Positions 8,914-18,740 are shown, counted from the first letter of the stretch. The stretch: DNA of 64,000 bases from Clostridia bacterium (GCA_017467625.1 JAFUSN010000001.1:21844-85843); one strand, 5' to 3'. Notes: generated by a model from the letters alone, not told the origin. Numbers and translations: made by a program.

Positions 8914-9875
8914 TTAACTTTTACCTCCGCAAGTTTAAATAAAATACTATCAACAACAATCACTTCGTTTGCATTTGCATACAATTCTTTTTTAAGTTTA
9001 TTGCATTCATCAGTAAGAATCGTTACACCAGCAAGTGACAATGTGGTTGCAATAAGTTTAAGTTTTGGAAGAATATTTTTAAGATTAACACACTCCTCTT
9101 TTCCTGCTAAAATCAAATTTAAATCGCGAAAAATTAGGAGTAAAATATCCAAAAATTCATTTTTATCAACATTTTTTGCAGTAAATTTATTTGAAAAATT
9201 CAAAACATCTTTGCTTCCATTGATTTGCCCAACACACGCAACAACGTTTTCAAAAAAGTCTAAAAATCCTTTTTCTTTTGCAAGTTTTTCTGCAAAAAGT
9301 CCATTTCCATTTGAAAGGTTTGCGCACACTTCTGCATTAACAAATTCAGTTCCTGAGTTTGTTAAAAGTTTAATCAAATCATCAACTTGAAGTTCGTCTA
9401 AATCAACTCTTTTAACTCTAGATAATAGTGTTGGCAAAAGTCTGTTAATTGAAGTTGCATTAAAAACAAAAATTGTGTTTTTGGGTGGTTCTTCAATGGT
9501 TTTTAAAATTGCATTTTGAACCGATTCATTCATATCTTCAGCATGAGAAATAACATAAACCTTTTTGTCTGCTTCAAATGGTGACACACTTGAACTTTCA
9601 ATAATTTGCCTTGCAACTTCAACCACAAGCTTCTCGTCTTCACCAAAAAACATTACGTCTGGATGAACTTTTTTGTGAATGCGGCTAATTGTATTAAATT
9701 CATCAGCCCCACCATTAAGCATTAAGTCACAAACAAATTTTTCTGAAAATTGTGACAAATAATTTCTGTCTGCACTAACAAAAAGATAGGCATGTGAACA
9801 CCTATTAACAGCAATATCTTTCTTAACGATTTCATAAGCTCTTGATTTTTCAATTAGTTCACTGTAGTCAAGCAT
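8892..9875 (-). CDS. holB: DNA polymerase III subunit delta'
   Basis: SHAYLF, KTIEEPP and LLPTLLSRV motifs; holB-yaaT synteny; 22-nt overlap with ricT. Confidence 0.85.
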   Translation of the reverse strand: MLDYSELIEKSRAYEIVKKDIAVNRCSHAYLFVSADRNYLSQFSEKFVCDLMLNGGADEFNTISRIHKKVHPDVMFFGEDEKLVVEVARQIIESSSVSPFEADKKVYVISHAEDMNESVQNAILKTIEEPPKNTIFVFNATSINRLLPTLLSRVKRVDLDELQVDDLIKLLTNSGTEFVNAEVCANLSNGNGLFAEKLAKEKGFLDFFENVVACVGQINGSKDVLNFSNKFTAKNVDKNEFLDILLLIFRDLNLILAGKEECVNLKNILPKLKLIATTLSLAGVTILTDECNKLKKELYANANEVIVVDSILFKLAEVKVKCKRSLL

Positions 9876-9967
9876 AATTTCTCCCTATTTATCACTTTAA
9901 ACATTTTTAGCTTTAAAGTCAAGAAATATCGTTTTGAAAAAAAGAGCAGGACAATTTTGTCCAGCTC

Positions 9968-10438
9968 TTATTTTGTTATTTTAACAATTTTCATTCTAAC
10001 TTCTCCGCCTGGTGACATAAATGAAAATGTTTCTCCAACCTTTTTGTCAAGCATTGCCTTGCCAAGTGGTGATTCGTTTGAAATATAATTTTTATCAGGA
10101 TCACTTTCAATAACACCAACAAGTTTATATGTTTCTTCTTCGTTAAAATCCAAATCCAAAACAGTTACAAAATTTCCAACTGTTGCAGTGTCATTTTTAA
10201 CATCTTTATTTTCAATAATTTTTGCCTTTCTAAGGGTTTCCTCAATGTTTAAAATTTCTGTTTCAAGAATTGTTTGCTCTTTTTTTGCTGCATCATATTC
10301 TGAATTTTCGCTCAAATCACCAAAATCACGAGCAATTTTCAATTTTTCAAGAACTTCTGGTCTTTTAACATTTTTCAAAAATTTAAGTCTTTCCTCTTTT
10401 TCAAGTTTACCTTCAGCGGTAATATAAATATCAGCCAT
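9968..10438 (-). CDS. greA: Transcription elongation factor GreA
   Basis: GDLSENSEYDAAK motif, 156 aa, C-terminal SPLGKAMLDKKVGE. Confidence 0.95.
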   Translation of the reverse strand: MADIYITAEGKLEKEERLKFLKNVKRPEVLEKLKIARDFGDLSENSEYDAAKKEQTILETEILNIEETLRKAKIIENKDVKNDTATVGNFVTVLDLDFNEEETYKLVGVIESDPDKNYISNESPLGKAMLDKKVGETFSFMSPGGEVRMKIVKITK

Positions 10439-10582
10439 AGTTGCCTCCCCTTTTGCCTAAATAACTCAGTGTCATTATGCTAATGAATTATATACTAATC
10501 ATCATTTTTTGTCAATAAGATTTTTTTCCATTTACTTGATTATTTTTAATGCGTTTGTTATCATATTTTTGAGGTAAAAATA

Positions 10583-10849
10583 ATGTTAAGAATTTGGGCA
10601 AGAACCATGCAAGATGGAAAGATAACAAGATCATATATATATGAAAGTATTGATAAGTTTGAAGAAGATAAATTCTATCTTCATGTTCAAAAAATCTGTG
10701 CAGCATTAGATATTCCAACTCCTGCAATATTAAAAAGCCACATAAATAATTATGTGGACTTTAATAACGCTGTTTTTTTGCCAAGAGATTTTGTTGAATC
10801 AATTGATTTTGAAAAGTTTATTTTGGAAAACGCAACACTTAATAAGTAA
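10583..10849 (+). CDS. Hypothetical protein, 88 aa
   Basis: Intact ORF with an AGGT-like RBS; 11-nt convergent overlap with the next gene. Confidence 0.45.
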   Translation: MLRIWARTMQDGKITRSYIYESIDKFEEDKFYLHVQKICAALDIPTPAILKSHINNYVDFNNAVFLPRDFVESIDFEKFILENATLNK

Positions 10850-11852
10850 CTTCTTCCAAAATCAAAAATTCAACAATTGCATTTCCAAGCTTAAGTGATT
10901 TTTCTTTTACTGAAGATAAATATTTAACAAGCCTCTCTTTAATTCCAGATTCAAGACCATCAATTTGATTCTTAAAATTTTTAAAATCATCAAACACAAT
11001 AAGCAAATCACGGCTTTCAAAAATTGCTTTTTCACAAATGTTTACAAAGGAAATTATTTTTTTGTAAACATTTTTTTCATTTTCATCATAAACAACACAT
11101 TTTGCATTTTCATAAGCAAAATCTGAGTTTGCATAAATTGCAATTTCAAGATTTTGTGATTGTGCTTTTTCAATCAAATTTTTAATTTCTTTATTAATTT
11201 CATCTTTTGTACGTAAATAAAAAGGGTTGGTTTTTCCTCGCTTAATGTTTTCATTTTCAATTTTGAGAGATTCAAAATTATTTTTTAAAAGTTTTCCATT
11301 AATTGACAAAACTTTAAATGCCCCGTCAGTTATAACAACCTCAACAACATCTTTTTCATCAAGCCCAAGCCGTTCCACTTGTTTTTGTGTTAATTCAATG
11401 TCGTCATTTGATTCAATAAATTCATATTTTCTCAAATAACATTTATTGTCTTGTTTAACAAGTGTTCGAATATCAATTTTTTCATTTGATAAATACTCTT
11501 CTGTTGGGCTAGACAGTTTTGTTGAATTTAAATTAAAAAGTCCCTTACCAAATTCTTGAATAAAATCTTCTTTCTCTTTGTTTTTACCAAGTTTTTTCAT
11601 AATTCCATCAATATCAACTTCTTGATTAGATGGCCGCCCAACAGAACTTTGCCGAACAATATTAGATTTTCCATAAAGAACTTTCAAAATTGCTTCAATT
11701 AAATCATCTTTTTTAAGTGATGTTGGTGAAGACACACCCAAACTCCAACCAAGTCCACGAAGTTCCTTGATTGTAAGAGGAGCAAGGGTTTTTTCATTAA
11801 CCAAGTCCTTATCAAAAATTTTATTACTTTGCTTTTGCATTAATGCCTCCAT
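10839..11852 (-). CDS. Rho N-terminal-domain protein lacking the ATPase
   Basis: LTIKELRGLGWSLGV..LKKDDLIEAILKV resembles Rho_N. CYLRKYEF..NDDIELTQKQVERLGLDEKDVVEV resembles the Rho cold-shock-like RNA-binding domain. No Walker A or B. Confidence 0.55.
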   Translation of the reverse strand: MEALMQKQSNKIFDKDLVNEKTLAPLTIKELRGLGWSLGVSSPTSLKKDDLIEAILKVLYGKSNIVRQSSVGRPSNQEVDIDGIMKKLGKNKEKEDFIQEFGKGLFNLNSTKLSSPTEEYLSNEKIDIRTLVKQDNKCYLRKYEFIESNDDIELTQKQVERLGLDEKDVVEVVITDGAFKVLSINGKLLKNNFESLKIENENIKRGKTNPFYLRTKDEINKEIKNLIEKAQSQNLEIAIYANSDFAYENAKCVVYDENEKNVYKKIISFVNICEKAIFESRDLLIVFDDFKNFKNQIDGLESGIKERLVKYLSSVKEKSLKLGNAIVEFLILEEVTY

Positions 11853-11896
11853 TACTCATTTGTATTTTAACATAAACACATTTTGCTTGCAACCTT

Positions 11897-13363
11897 TTAA
11901 AATAGGTTTATAGGTGAATAAACATACACCTTTTCACCAGCATCAAAAACTTCTCTCTCTTCATTTTGTTTCTCAACAATTTCTGGGCGAACTCCAATTG
12001 CCTTTGCAACATCAAATGAATTTTCACCTGTTTTGGCAACATACACTTTTATTCCGGAATCAGCATTCTCCCTTTCGCTTGAAATTTCATAAGAATTTAC
12101 ATATTTTTCATAATTTTTTCTATTTTTTGCAAATTTAATTTGCATTTTTGCAGAAATATCTAAAAATTTTCCAGAGCGAAGTTTAAATTCAAAATTATTA
12201 ACCACAACTTGCTCTAAAGTTAAATCTTCTAATTCGCCAATTTCTTCTTCAAAACAAACAGGAACTTCAATATTTTTTGAATGAATTTCATTTTCAAGCA
12301 GGAAATAAACATTAAATTTTAAATTTCCTTGAATTTGAGCTTTTCCAGAATCAAAAGTTACTGTATCCACAACATAGTTTGTGCAAAATACATCATTTAA
12401 TTCATCAAATGCAAATAAATCCAAAACATCAACTTCGGTTTCAATTGTTTTTTCAAAATTTTCGCAACTAATATATTCCGTTGTTTCAGCAAATTTGTAA
12501 GCGGTGTTTAAAACATTTTTTGTTGAAAACAAATCTTCAACAAGAGTTATCATTTCTTGCCTATAAGCATATGCATTAACGCTTAAATTAAATGCAAGCG
12601 TTCCAGCAATCCCGGTTTCTGTTTTTTCAGCATTTGGTAGTGTTGAAACAATCACCAAATTCGCTTCTGCACTATCACCTGGCAAAACACCCTGTGCATC
12701 AATTTCCTGTCTAAACTCAACCACCTCTCTTTTTGTTTTAACACCAGTTTCAATTTTTTCTAAAATTTCTGCAAAAATCTTTCCAGAAACAATAATTTTG
12801 TCAACAGTTGCCACTGTTTCTTCTAAAAATAGAGTTGAATTAACATCAATAATTTCAGTTGCATTTTCGTCTGCAAATTCACTTGAAATCATAAAGTTAT
12901 CATGAACAAAATTTACAAGTTTATTGCATTCTTTTTCTTTAGTTTTAAAAACCAAATCGTCGCTGCCAAAATCAATTTCAGACAAATAGCTGTAAGTTCC
13001 ACAAACAGCTGTTTTAATTTCAACACTAATTGAAATTTCATTGTTTAAATGAGAATATGATAAAACTTTCACGCTTTCAATCGCTGACAAGTTTTCAAGG
13101 CTAAATCCAACTTGTTTTTTATCTGCAAAATCACTTTCTGCATTAAGCATTAAAACTTCACCATTTGCATTCACAAAGCAAACAGATGTTTTAACTTTCC
13201 CATCAACAAAAATTCCATCAGCTGAAGATTGCGCGTTGGTTGCAAAAGCCTCAGCGCGAACGCTTAAAATTTCCTTAATTTCATTTTCAGAAACAATTTT
13301 AACATTGGTAACCACTTCCCCTAATTCAACTTTCTTTTTTGAAAATAGATTTAAATTTTCCAT
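11897..13363 (-). CDS. DUF3794-like protein with a C-terminal LysM-like segment (SipL-like)
   Basis: Size, position next to veg and spmAB as in Clostridioides, and C-terminal KVYVAKTGENSFDVAKAIGV...GEKVYV resembling LysM. From memory only. Confidence 0.45.
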   Translation of the reverse strand: MENLNLFSKKKVELGEVVTNVKIVSENEIKEILSVRAEAFATNAQSSADGIFVDGKVKTSVCFVNANGEVLMLNAESDFADKKQVGFSLENLSAIESVKVLSYSHLNNEISISVEIKTAVCGTYSYLSEIDFGSDDLVFKTKEKECNKLVNFVHDNFMISSEFADENATEIIDVNSTLFLEETVATVDKIIVSGKIFAEILEKIETGVKTKREVVEFRQEIDAQGVLPGDSAEANLVIVSTLPNAEKTETGIAGTLAFNLSVNAYAYRQEMITLVEDLFSTKNVLNTAYKFAETTEYISCENFEKTIETEVDVLDLFAFDELNDVFCTNYVVDTVTFDSGKAQIQGNLKFNVYFLLENEIHSKNIEVPVCFEEEIGELEDLTLEQVVVNNFEFKLRSGKFLDISAKMQIKFAKNRKNYEKYVNSYEISSERENADSGIKVYVAKTGENSFDVAKAIGVRPEIVEKQNEEREVFDAGEKVYVYSPINLF

Positions 13364-13465
13364 AAATTTCCCCCACTAGCACAAGTTTACGATGTTGCCA
13401 CTTAAAATATTACAAAAGTGGAATAATTTTTTATGTGTTGGAAAAAATTACTGCAGGGGGAAATA

Positions 13466-13708
13466 ATGAGAAAAGTAAATTCAAATGTAAACACAGTAAT
13501 CGAAGAAATTGAAAAATTAAAGGGTGCGTGCATTTCAATGCAAATAAATAAAGGTAGGCGCAAACAAGAAAAGTACCAAGGAATAATTGAAAATGTTTAT
13601 CCCAGCATTTTCACTGTAAATATTGGCGAAGGAAAAAATCCTCTGTCTTATTCATACACAGAGGTTTTGTGTGGTGATGTTGAAATAAATGAATTAAAAA
13701 TCAATTAA
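13466..13708 (+). CDS. veg: Veg protein
   Basis: KGRRKQEKYQGIIENVYPSIFTV...SYSYTEVLCGDVEI closely parallels B. subtilis Veg. Confidence 0.9.
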   Translation: MRKVNSNVNTVIEEIEKLKGACISMQINKGRRKQEKYQGIIENVYPSIFTVNIGEGKNPLSYSYTEVLCGDVEINELKIN

Positions 13709-13732
13709 AAAAAGAGCAATAAAACTGCTCTT

Positions 13733-14293
13733 TTATTTTTTCTTTTTTGAAAGGAAGTCTTCTTCTTCATCATCGTCATCGTATTCATCATCTTCTTCTT
13801 CGTCTTCTTCAAGACCTTCCAAACTAACTTCTTCAAATTCATTATCTTCAGACTGAGTTTCTTCTTCCTCTTCTTCCTCTTCTTCACCTTCAAATTCTAA
13901 TGGTGATTCATCATCAAGATCACTTTCAATTTTAAATGGATCATCTTCCACTTCTTCATCAAAATGTTCTTCATATTCTTCATCTTCACCATCAAGATCA
14001 GTTGAGGCAGAAACAAGCGATTCTCTTGAATCGTCTTCATCTTTATCATCAGCATTATTGATGACATTACCAAATCTTTTTGCTCGGCATTCATCACACA
14101 TTGACTCATCCGGCTTAATGTAGTTTTGACCACAAACTGGGCAAATCTCCATATCTTCAATATCAAGAAGTTCCTCAGCCTCCTCAGCTTCGGACCTGTG
14201 TTTCATTTCTTTTTTGCAAACTTCGCAGTAATCTTCACCTTCTAAAATATAATTAAGATCACATCTTGGACATTTTACATATTTTTTTGCCAT
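13733..14293 (-). CDS. Double zinc-ribbon protein with a poly-acidic tail of about 110 aa
   Basis: CPRC..CEVC and CPVC..CDEC pairs, followed by a region of more than 50% Asp/Glu. Confidence 0.7.
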   Translation of the reverse strand: MAKKYVKCPRCDLNYILEGEDYCEVCKKEMKHRSEAEEAEELLDIEDMEICPVCGQNYIKPDESMCDECRAKRFGNVINNADDKDEDDSRESLVSASTDLDGEDEEYEEHFDEEVEDDPFKIESDLDDESPLEFEGEEEEEEEEETQSEDNEFEEVSLEGLEEDEEEDDEYDDDDEEEDFLSKKKK

Positions 14294-14432
14294 TAATTTT
14301 GTCTCCCTAAGTAATATGCCATATAGTATACCAATTTTTGTAATTTGTAAACTACTTTTAAAAATTTTTCTATAATATTTTATTCAAGTTTCAATAAAAT
14401 ATACAACATTTATATTTTTGTTTTTTTTGCAC

Positions 14433-14463
14433 AAAAAAAAGCGTGTTTTTTACGCTTTTTTTA
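14433..14463. terminator. Terminator downstream of acpP
   Basis: A8-GCGT / ACGC-T8 hairpin, 3 nt after the acpP stop. Confidence 0.6.
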
Positions 14464-14465
14464 TC

Positions 14466-14696
14466 CTATTTCTTATGTGTATCAATAAATGTCACAATAT
14501 CTTTAATTGTCTTGATTTGTGGAATTGCATCATCAGGAATTGAAATTCCAAATTCATCTTCAAGAGCCATTAAGATTTCAACTAAATCAAGTGAGTCTGC
14601 ACCAAGTTCCTCAGCAATGTTTGTTTCATCTTTGAGTTTTGCAACATCAGTTGAAAGTTGATTTGCGATAATTGACTTAACTTTATCAATAGTCAT
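14466..14696 (-). CDS. acpP: Acyl carrier protein
   Basis: LGADSLDLVEILMALEDEFGI with the phosphopantetheine Ser; 76 aa. Confidence 0.9.
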   Translation of the reverse strand: MTIDKVKSIIANQLSTDVAKLKDETNIAEELGADSLDLVEILMALEDEFGISIPDDAIPQIKTIKDIVTFIDTHKK

Positions 14697-14722
14697 AAAT
14701 TATGTCCTCCATCACTAACAAT

Positions 14723-14751
14723 ATAATACCATATCATAATAAATTTTGCAA
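14723..14751 (-). promoter_or_regulatory. Promoter for acpP
   Basis: Minus strand: TTGCAA, 17 nt, TATTAT. Confidence 0.45.
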
Positions 14752-14765
14752 CAAAATATTATAGA

Positions 14766-16097
14766 TTAACTTGCTGGTCTTTCATCAACATCAAGTGTTG
14801 AATAAACAGCCGTTCCAACATTAAATGTAATTTCCTTATCTGTTGCACCATTGTCAATATTTCCTAAAAGGCCACGCTTAATGTTAAATGTTATGTTTGA
14901 ACCTGGTTTAACATTAAATGCAACATCATCATATGAATATTTGTTAAACATTGTGCATGTATGCCTAACATTTGATTTATCTGTGTATGTGAATGAAACA
15001 ATCATATCTCCAACCTGAAGTTTTCCAGATGCTGGAGAAGCTGAATTGATGTAATCCACACAAACGGTATATTTTGAAATTGTTTTTCCAGTTGTATCAT
15101 CAACAAACTGTTCAACTCCGTGCGAAGCATTGTGTGAAAACACAAGCCCAAGGTTTGCACATCTAGGGGTTCCATTGTTTTCAATTATACTATTTCCAAT
15201 TGAAACTGCCATGTTGCTTGGAATTGCAAATGCGGTTCCAAGAACCGTTACTGTTGAGCCTCCATTTTTTGTTGTGTGCTTTTTTGCATTAACAATTCCA
15301 ACGAGCTGACCTTTTGTGTTAAATAGTCCACCTCCGGAATTTCCCGGGTTAATGTCAGCACTAGTTTGAATAACTCGAAGTGATTTTGTGTTTGTTGTTT
15401 CAGTTACAACAAGTGAATTAAGTTTTGAAACTAAACCAGAAGTAATTGACATTCCCGCTCCAAGCGAGTTTCCAACTGCAAAAACTCCCTCACCCTCTTC
15501 AAGGTATGTACTATCAAAAACTTCAACAGCAGTACAACCGTCAAATTCATCAATTTCCGTTGTCTTTACCACTGCAATATCATATCTTTTTGAATGTCCA
15601 ACAAATGTTGCCTTAACAGGTTTAAGTGAACTTGGAGCCATTAAATAAACTCTGTCTTGATAAGAATCAACAACATGATAACAGGTTAAAATGTAAACTT
15701 CAGAATTGGTTTTCTTTAAAATCACACCTGAACCGCTGCTATATCCTCCACCATAAAACTCTTCTTCAGTTGATATTGTTGTTCCAGCTGCAATACTTAC
15801 AGAACTCCATTTAGCATTTGAAACAGAATAAGTTGAAACATCACTTGAATCTGGCAAATTGTAAGTGTTGTAATAAACATTTTTTACAACTGAGTTTTTT
15901 AAGTAATAAAATGTCATTATAACTAATGCAATATTAACAAAAATCAAAACAGCCACAAGAGTTGCTAAAACCTTTACAGTTTTTGGAGAACTTCCACCAA
16001 CTTGCCTTCTTGAACCACTAGAATTTCGCGAAATAGGGGTGTCATCATAAGGTATTTTCTTTGTATTTCGTTCTTCCAGTCCATCATAATAACTCAT
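14766..16097 (-). CDS. Membrane-anchored S1C (HtrA/DegP-like) serine protease
   Basis: N-terminal TM segment; catalytic triad contexts CYHVV, YDIAVVK and GNSGGGLF; AAGGAGGTGG RBS. Confidence 0.85.
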   Translation of the reverse strand: MSYYDGLEERNTKKIPYDDTPISRNSSGSRRQVGGSSPKTVKVLATLVAVLIFVNIALVIMTFYYLKNSVVKNVYYNTYNLPDSSDVSTYSVSNAKWSSVSIAAGTTISTEEEFYGGGYSSGSGVILKKTNSEVYILTCYHVVDSYQDRVYLMAPSSLKPVKATFVGHSKRYDIAVVKTTEIDEFDGCTAVEVFDSTYLEEGEGVFAVGNSLGAGMSITSGLVSKLNSLVVTETTNTKSLRVIQTSADINPGNSGGGLFNTKGQLVGIVNAKKHTTKNGGSTVTVLGTAFAIPSNMAVSIGNSIIENNGTPRCANLGLVFSHNASHGVEQFVDDTTGKTISKYTVCVDYINSASPASGKLQVGDMIVSFTYTDKSNVRHTCTMFNKYSYDDVAFNVKPGSNITFNIKRGLLGNIDNGATDKEITFNVGTAVYSTLDVDERPAS

Positions 16098-16114
16098 GCT
16101 CCACCTCCTTAACG

Positions 16115-17551
16115 TTATCTCACACCCTTATTTTTTTGGTGCCTTACTATTCCGATTATAGCATAAACTAAAAATCCAAGCAAGTATACGCTAGCAATTA
16201 TAATCAGTAAAACCATATGAAAATTTAAATTTCCACTACTTTCAACAACAATAAAAGTTGATTCTGAATAAATTTGAGAAGTACTTGAACCAAATTTATG
16301 TCCTTTTGCACTAATTGAAAGTTGCACTGTTCCAGTTTTCACACCATGAACTGTAATATAATAATTTTTACCATTATTTGAAACTTCAGTTAAAACTCCA
16401 TCTGCACTTGTTTCAATTTTAATTGGTTCATCAAACTGAAAGTCATTTGAAACTTTAAATAAAATCATTTGGCTTTCACCATTTTTTATTTTAAATTGAT
16501 TATTTGAAAATGAACCAATCCCAAATTCATCAATTGGAATGTCTTTTGACCACTGAAGTCTTGTAACATTTCTAACTATAAATGAATTTAAAACTCTTTC
16601 ATTCAGTTTAATTAAAATGTTGAGCCAACCCGTCTTTTCACAAGTATATTGTTTGCCAAATTCAACAGCAAATGGTTTTTCCTGATTAAATGACAGCTTT
16701 ATATCCCAACTATAATTAGGTTGTGCATTATTTTTCAAATCAAACTTTGCCACATAAAGTTTTTCAAACAAACCTTCTGCCGAATCAATTGAAAATTTAT
16801 CTTTAACGTAAAATTGTGCAAAATTTTTCTCAAATTCTTCAGTAAACTTGAAATAAACATATTTTTGAATTCCAACAACCGCTGATGTCACTAAAAAACT
16901 TTTTGCCACATAAACATGGTAAATTGAAAGTTTGTTAACACCTTCTCTAAATTCGGTTTCTCCTGCGTTGTTCCAAGAAAGTTGAAATTTATTAAAAACG
17001 ACGCTAGAAAGTTCACCTGTGATTGATTTTTGCGCATTAACTGTGTTTAATTGCACCAATTTCCAGCCAAAAATGTAAGTTTCATCGCCTCCTTCAGCAT
17101 TTAAAATCATTGATTTAAATGTTGAACCTGAATAAGACCAAGTAATTTTATTGCTTCCATCTCCAACAAGTGAAACCGTTAATCTTCTAACATCTTCACT
17201 TGGCACAAAAAGCCAAAAATAAATTGAATCTTCTTCTGAAATCGTGAAACCTGAAACACTTAAATTTAAGTTAACATTTCCATCCTCATCTTGAGCCGGA
17301 GTTAAAGATGAGCCCGTCATCATTTTATCGCCTGCAATATCATATGGATTTTGATTTTGAGTTGCAATAGTTCTCATTTCAGAGCTGAAAGAACTGTAGT
17401 TACTGTCAATAATCGTCCTTTTATTTAAAAGTGAATTTTCATTAAATGGAACAATTTCTGCATTAGCGTTGGTTTTTGGCAACAAAAAGGCTGGCAATGT
17501 CATAATTGCACTTAAAATAATCATTAAAATTAGTCCAAAAGCCTTTTTCAT
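16115..17551 (-). CDS. Secreted, C-terminally membrane-anchored surface protein, unknown function
   Basis: Signal peptide MKKAFGLILMIILSAIMTLPAFLL, Ig-like segment TVHGVKTGTVQLSISAKG, C-terminal TM plus basic tail. Confidence 0.65.
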   Translation of the reverse strand: MKKAFGLILMIILSAIMTLPAFLLPKTNANAEIVPFNENSLLNKRTIIDSNYSSFSSEMRTIATQNQNPYDIAGDKMMTGSSLTPAQDEDGNVNLNLSVSGFTISEEDSIYFWLFVPSEDVRRLTVSLVGDGSNKITWSYSGSTFKSMILNAEGGDETYIFGWKLVQLNTVNAQKSITGELSSVVFNKFQLSWNNAGETEFREGVNKLSIYHVYVAKSFLVTSAVVGIQKYVYFKFTEEFEKNFAQFYVKDKFSIDSAEGLFEKLYVAKFDLKNNAQPNYSWDIKLSFNQEKPFAVEFGKQYTCEKTGWLNILIKLNERVLNSFIVRNVTRLQWSKDIPIDEFGIGSFSNNQFKIKNGESQMILFKVSNDFQFDEPIKIETSADGVLTEVSNNGKNYYITVHGVKTGTVQLSISAKGHKFGSSTSQIYSESTFIVVESSGNLNFHMVLLIIIASVYLLGFLVYAIIGIVRHQKNKGVR

Positions 17552-17558
17552 AAAACTC

Positions 17559-18233
17559 CTATATATTTTTTATTTGCCAATCAATTGGTTTTCTTCCATG
17601 TTTTTCCAAAAATTCATTTGCGAGTTTAAAATGATTATTACCAAAAAAACCACCATATGCTGATAATGGACTTGGGTGAACTGAAGTTAAAATCAAGTGC
17701 TTGGATTCATCAATAAGTGGTTTTTTGCTAATTGCATTCCTTCCCCACAAAATAAAAACAACTGGCCTATCTTGCTTATTAACCTCTTCAATAACTCTAT
17801 CAGTAAACTTTTGCCAACCAAATGAAGCGTGTGAATTGGCTTGATGCTCACGAACAGTGAGAGTTGTGTTTAAAAGCAAAACTCCCTGTTTTGCCCAACT
17901 CATTAAATATCCATGATTTGGTGGAGCAAATCCATATTCATTTTCAATCTCTTTGTAAATGTTTTTTAATGATGGAGGAACTTCAACCCCTGGCAAAACT
18001 GAAAAGCACATTCCATGCGCCTGCCCCTCTTCATGATATGGGTCCTGCCCCAAAATCACAACATTTATGTCTTTTATATCACAATTTGTAAGCGCTGAAA
18101 AAATTTTATTTCTTGGCGGAAAAACTTTGAATTTTGAATACTCTTCATCAACTTTTTCAAGAAGTTTTTGAAAATATTCCTTTTTAAATTCATCTTCTAA
18201 AACTTCATCCCAGCCATTGTTAAAAAATTTCAT
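17559..18233 (-). CDS. ung: Uracil-DNA glycosylase
   Basis: VVILGQDPYH and HPSPLSA motifs. Start taken at MKFFNNGW (18233), because the longer ORF overlaps rpsI. Confidence 0.95.
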   Translation of the reverse strand: MKFFNNGWDEVLEDEFKKEYFQKLLEKVDEEYSKFKVFPPRNKIFSALTNCDIKDINVVILGQDPYHEEGQAHGMCFSVLPGVEVPPSLKNIYKEIENEYGFAPPNHGYLMSWAKQGVLLLNTTLTVREHQANSHASFGWQKFTDRVIEEVNKQDRPVVFILWGRNAISKKPLIDESKHLILTSVHPSPLSAYGGFFGNNHFKLANEFLEKHGRKPIDWQIKNI

Positions 18234-18295
18234 AATTCCTCGCTTACATTTAAAATCTATTGATTTTATTTTAACAAACCAACCAAATTTTAGCA

Positions 18296-18324
18296 ATAAA
18301 AAAAACAAGGCAAACGCCTTGTTT
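18296..18324 (-). terminator. rplM-rpsI operon terminator
   Basis: ACAAGGC-GTTT-GCCTTGT followed by a T-run on the minus strand, immediately after the rpsI stop. Confidence 0.75.
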
Positions 18325-18735
18325 TTATCTCTTACTGAATTGTGGAGCTTTACGAGCCTTTTTAAGACCATATTTCTTTCTTTCTTTCATTCTTGGGTCA
18401 CGAGTAAGAAGCCCAGCTTCTTTGATTGCTTTTTTGTATGTTTCATTTGAAAGAACAAGGCCTCTTGCAATTGCATGACGGCAAGCACCAGCTTGTCCTG
18501 TAAGTCCACCACCGGTTACTGTGATTTCAACATCATATTTGTCAGCAACTTCAACTAAATTTAAAGCTGTTTTAACTTCATTTTGAAGAAGTTCTGATTT
18601 AAAGTAATCTGCAAGTGGTTCTTTGTTAATTAAAATTGTTCCATTGCCAGCACCAATTCTTGCTCTAGCAATAGCCTTTTTTCTTCTTCCGGTTGCCCAG
18701 ATTTTTTCAACTTTCTTTGTACTCTTCTTTGCCAT
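18325..18735 (-). CDS. rpsI: 30S ribosomal protein S9
   Basis: GGGLTGQAGA...PQFSKR C-terminus. Confidence 0.97.
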   Translation of the reverse strand: MAKKSTKKVEKIWATGRRKKAIARARIGAGNGTILINKEPLADYFKSELLQNEVKTALNLVEVADKYDVEITVTGGGLTGQAGACRHAIARGLVLSNETYKKAIKEAGLLTRDPRMKERKKYGLKKARKAPQFSKR

Positions 18736-18740
18736 ATCTA

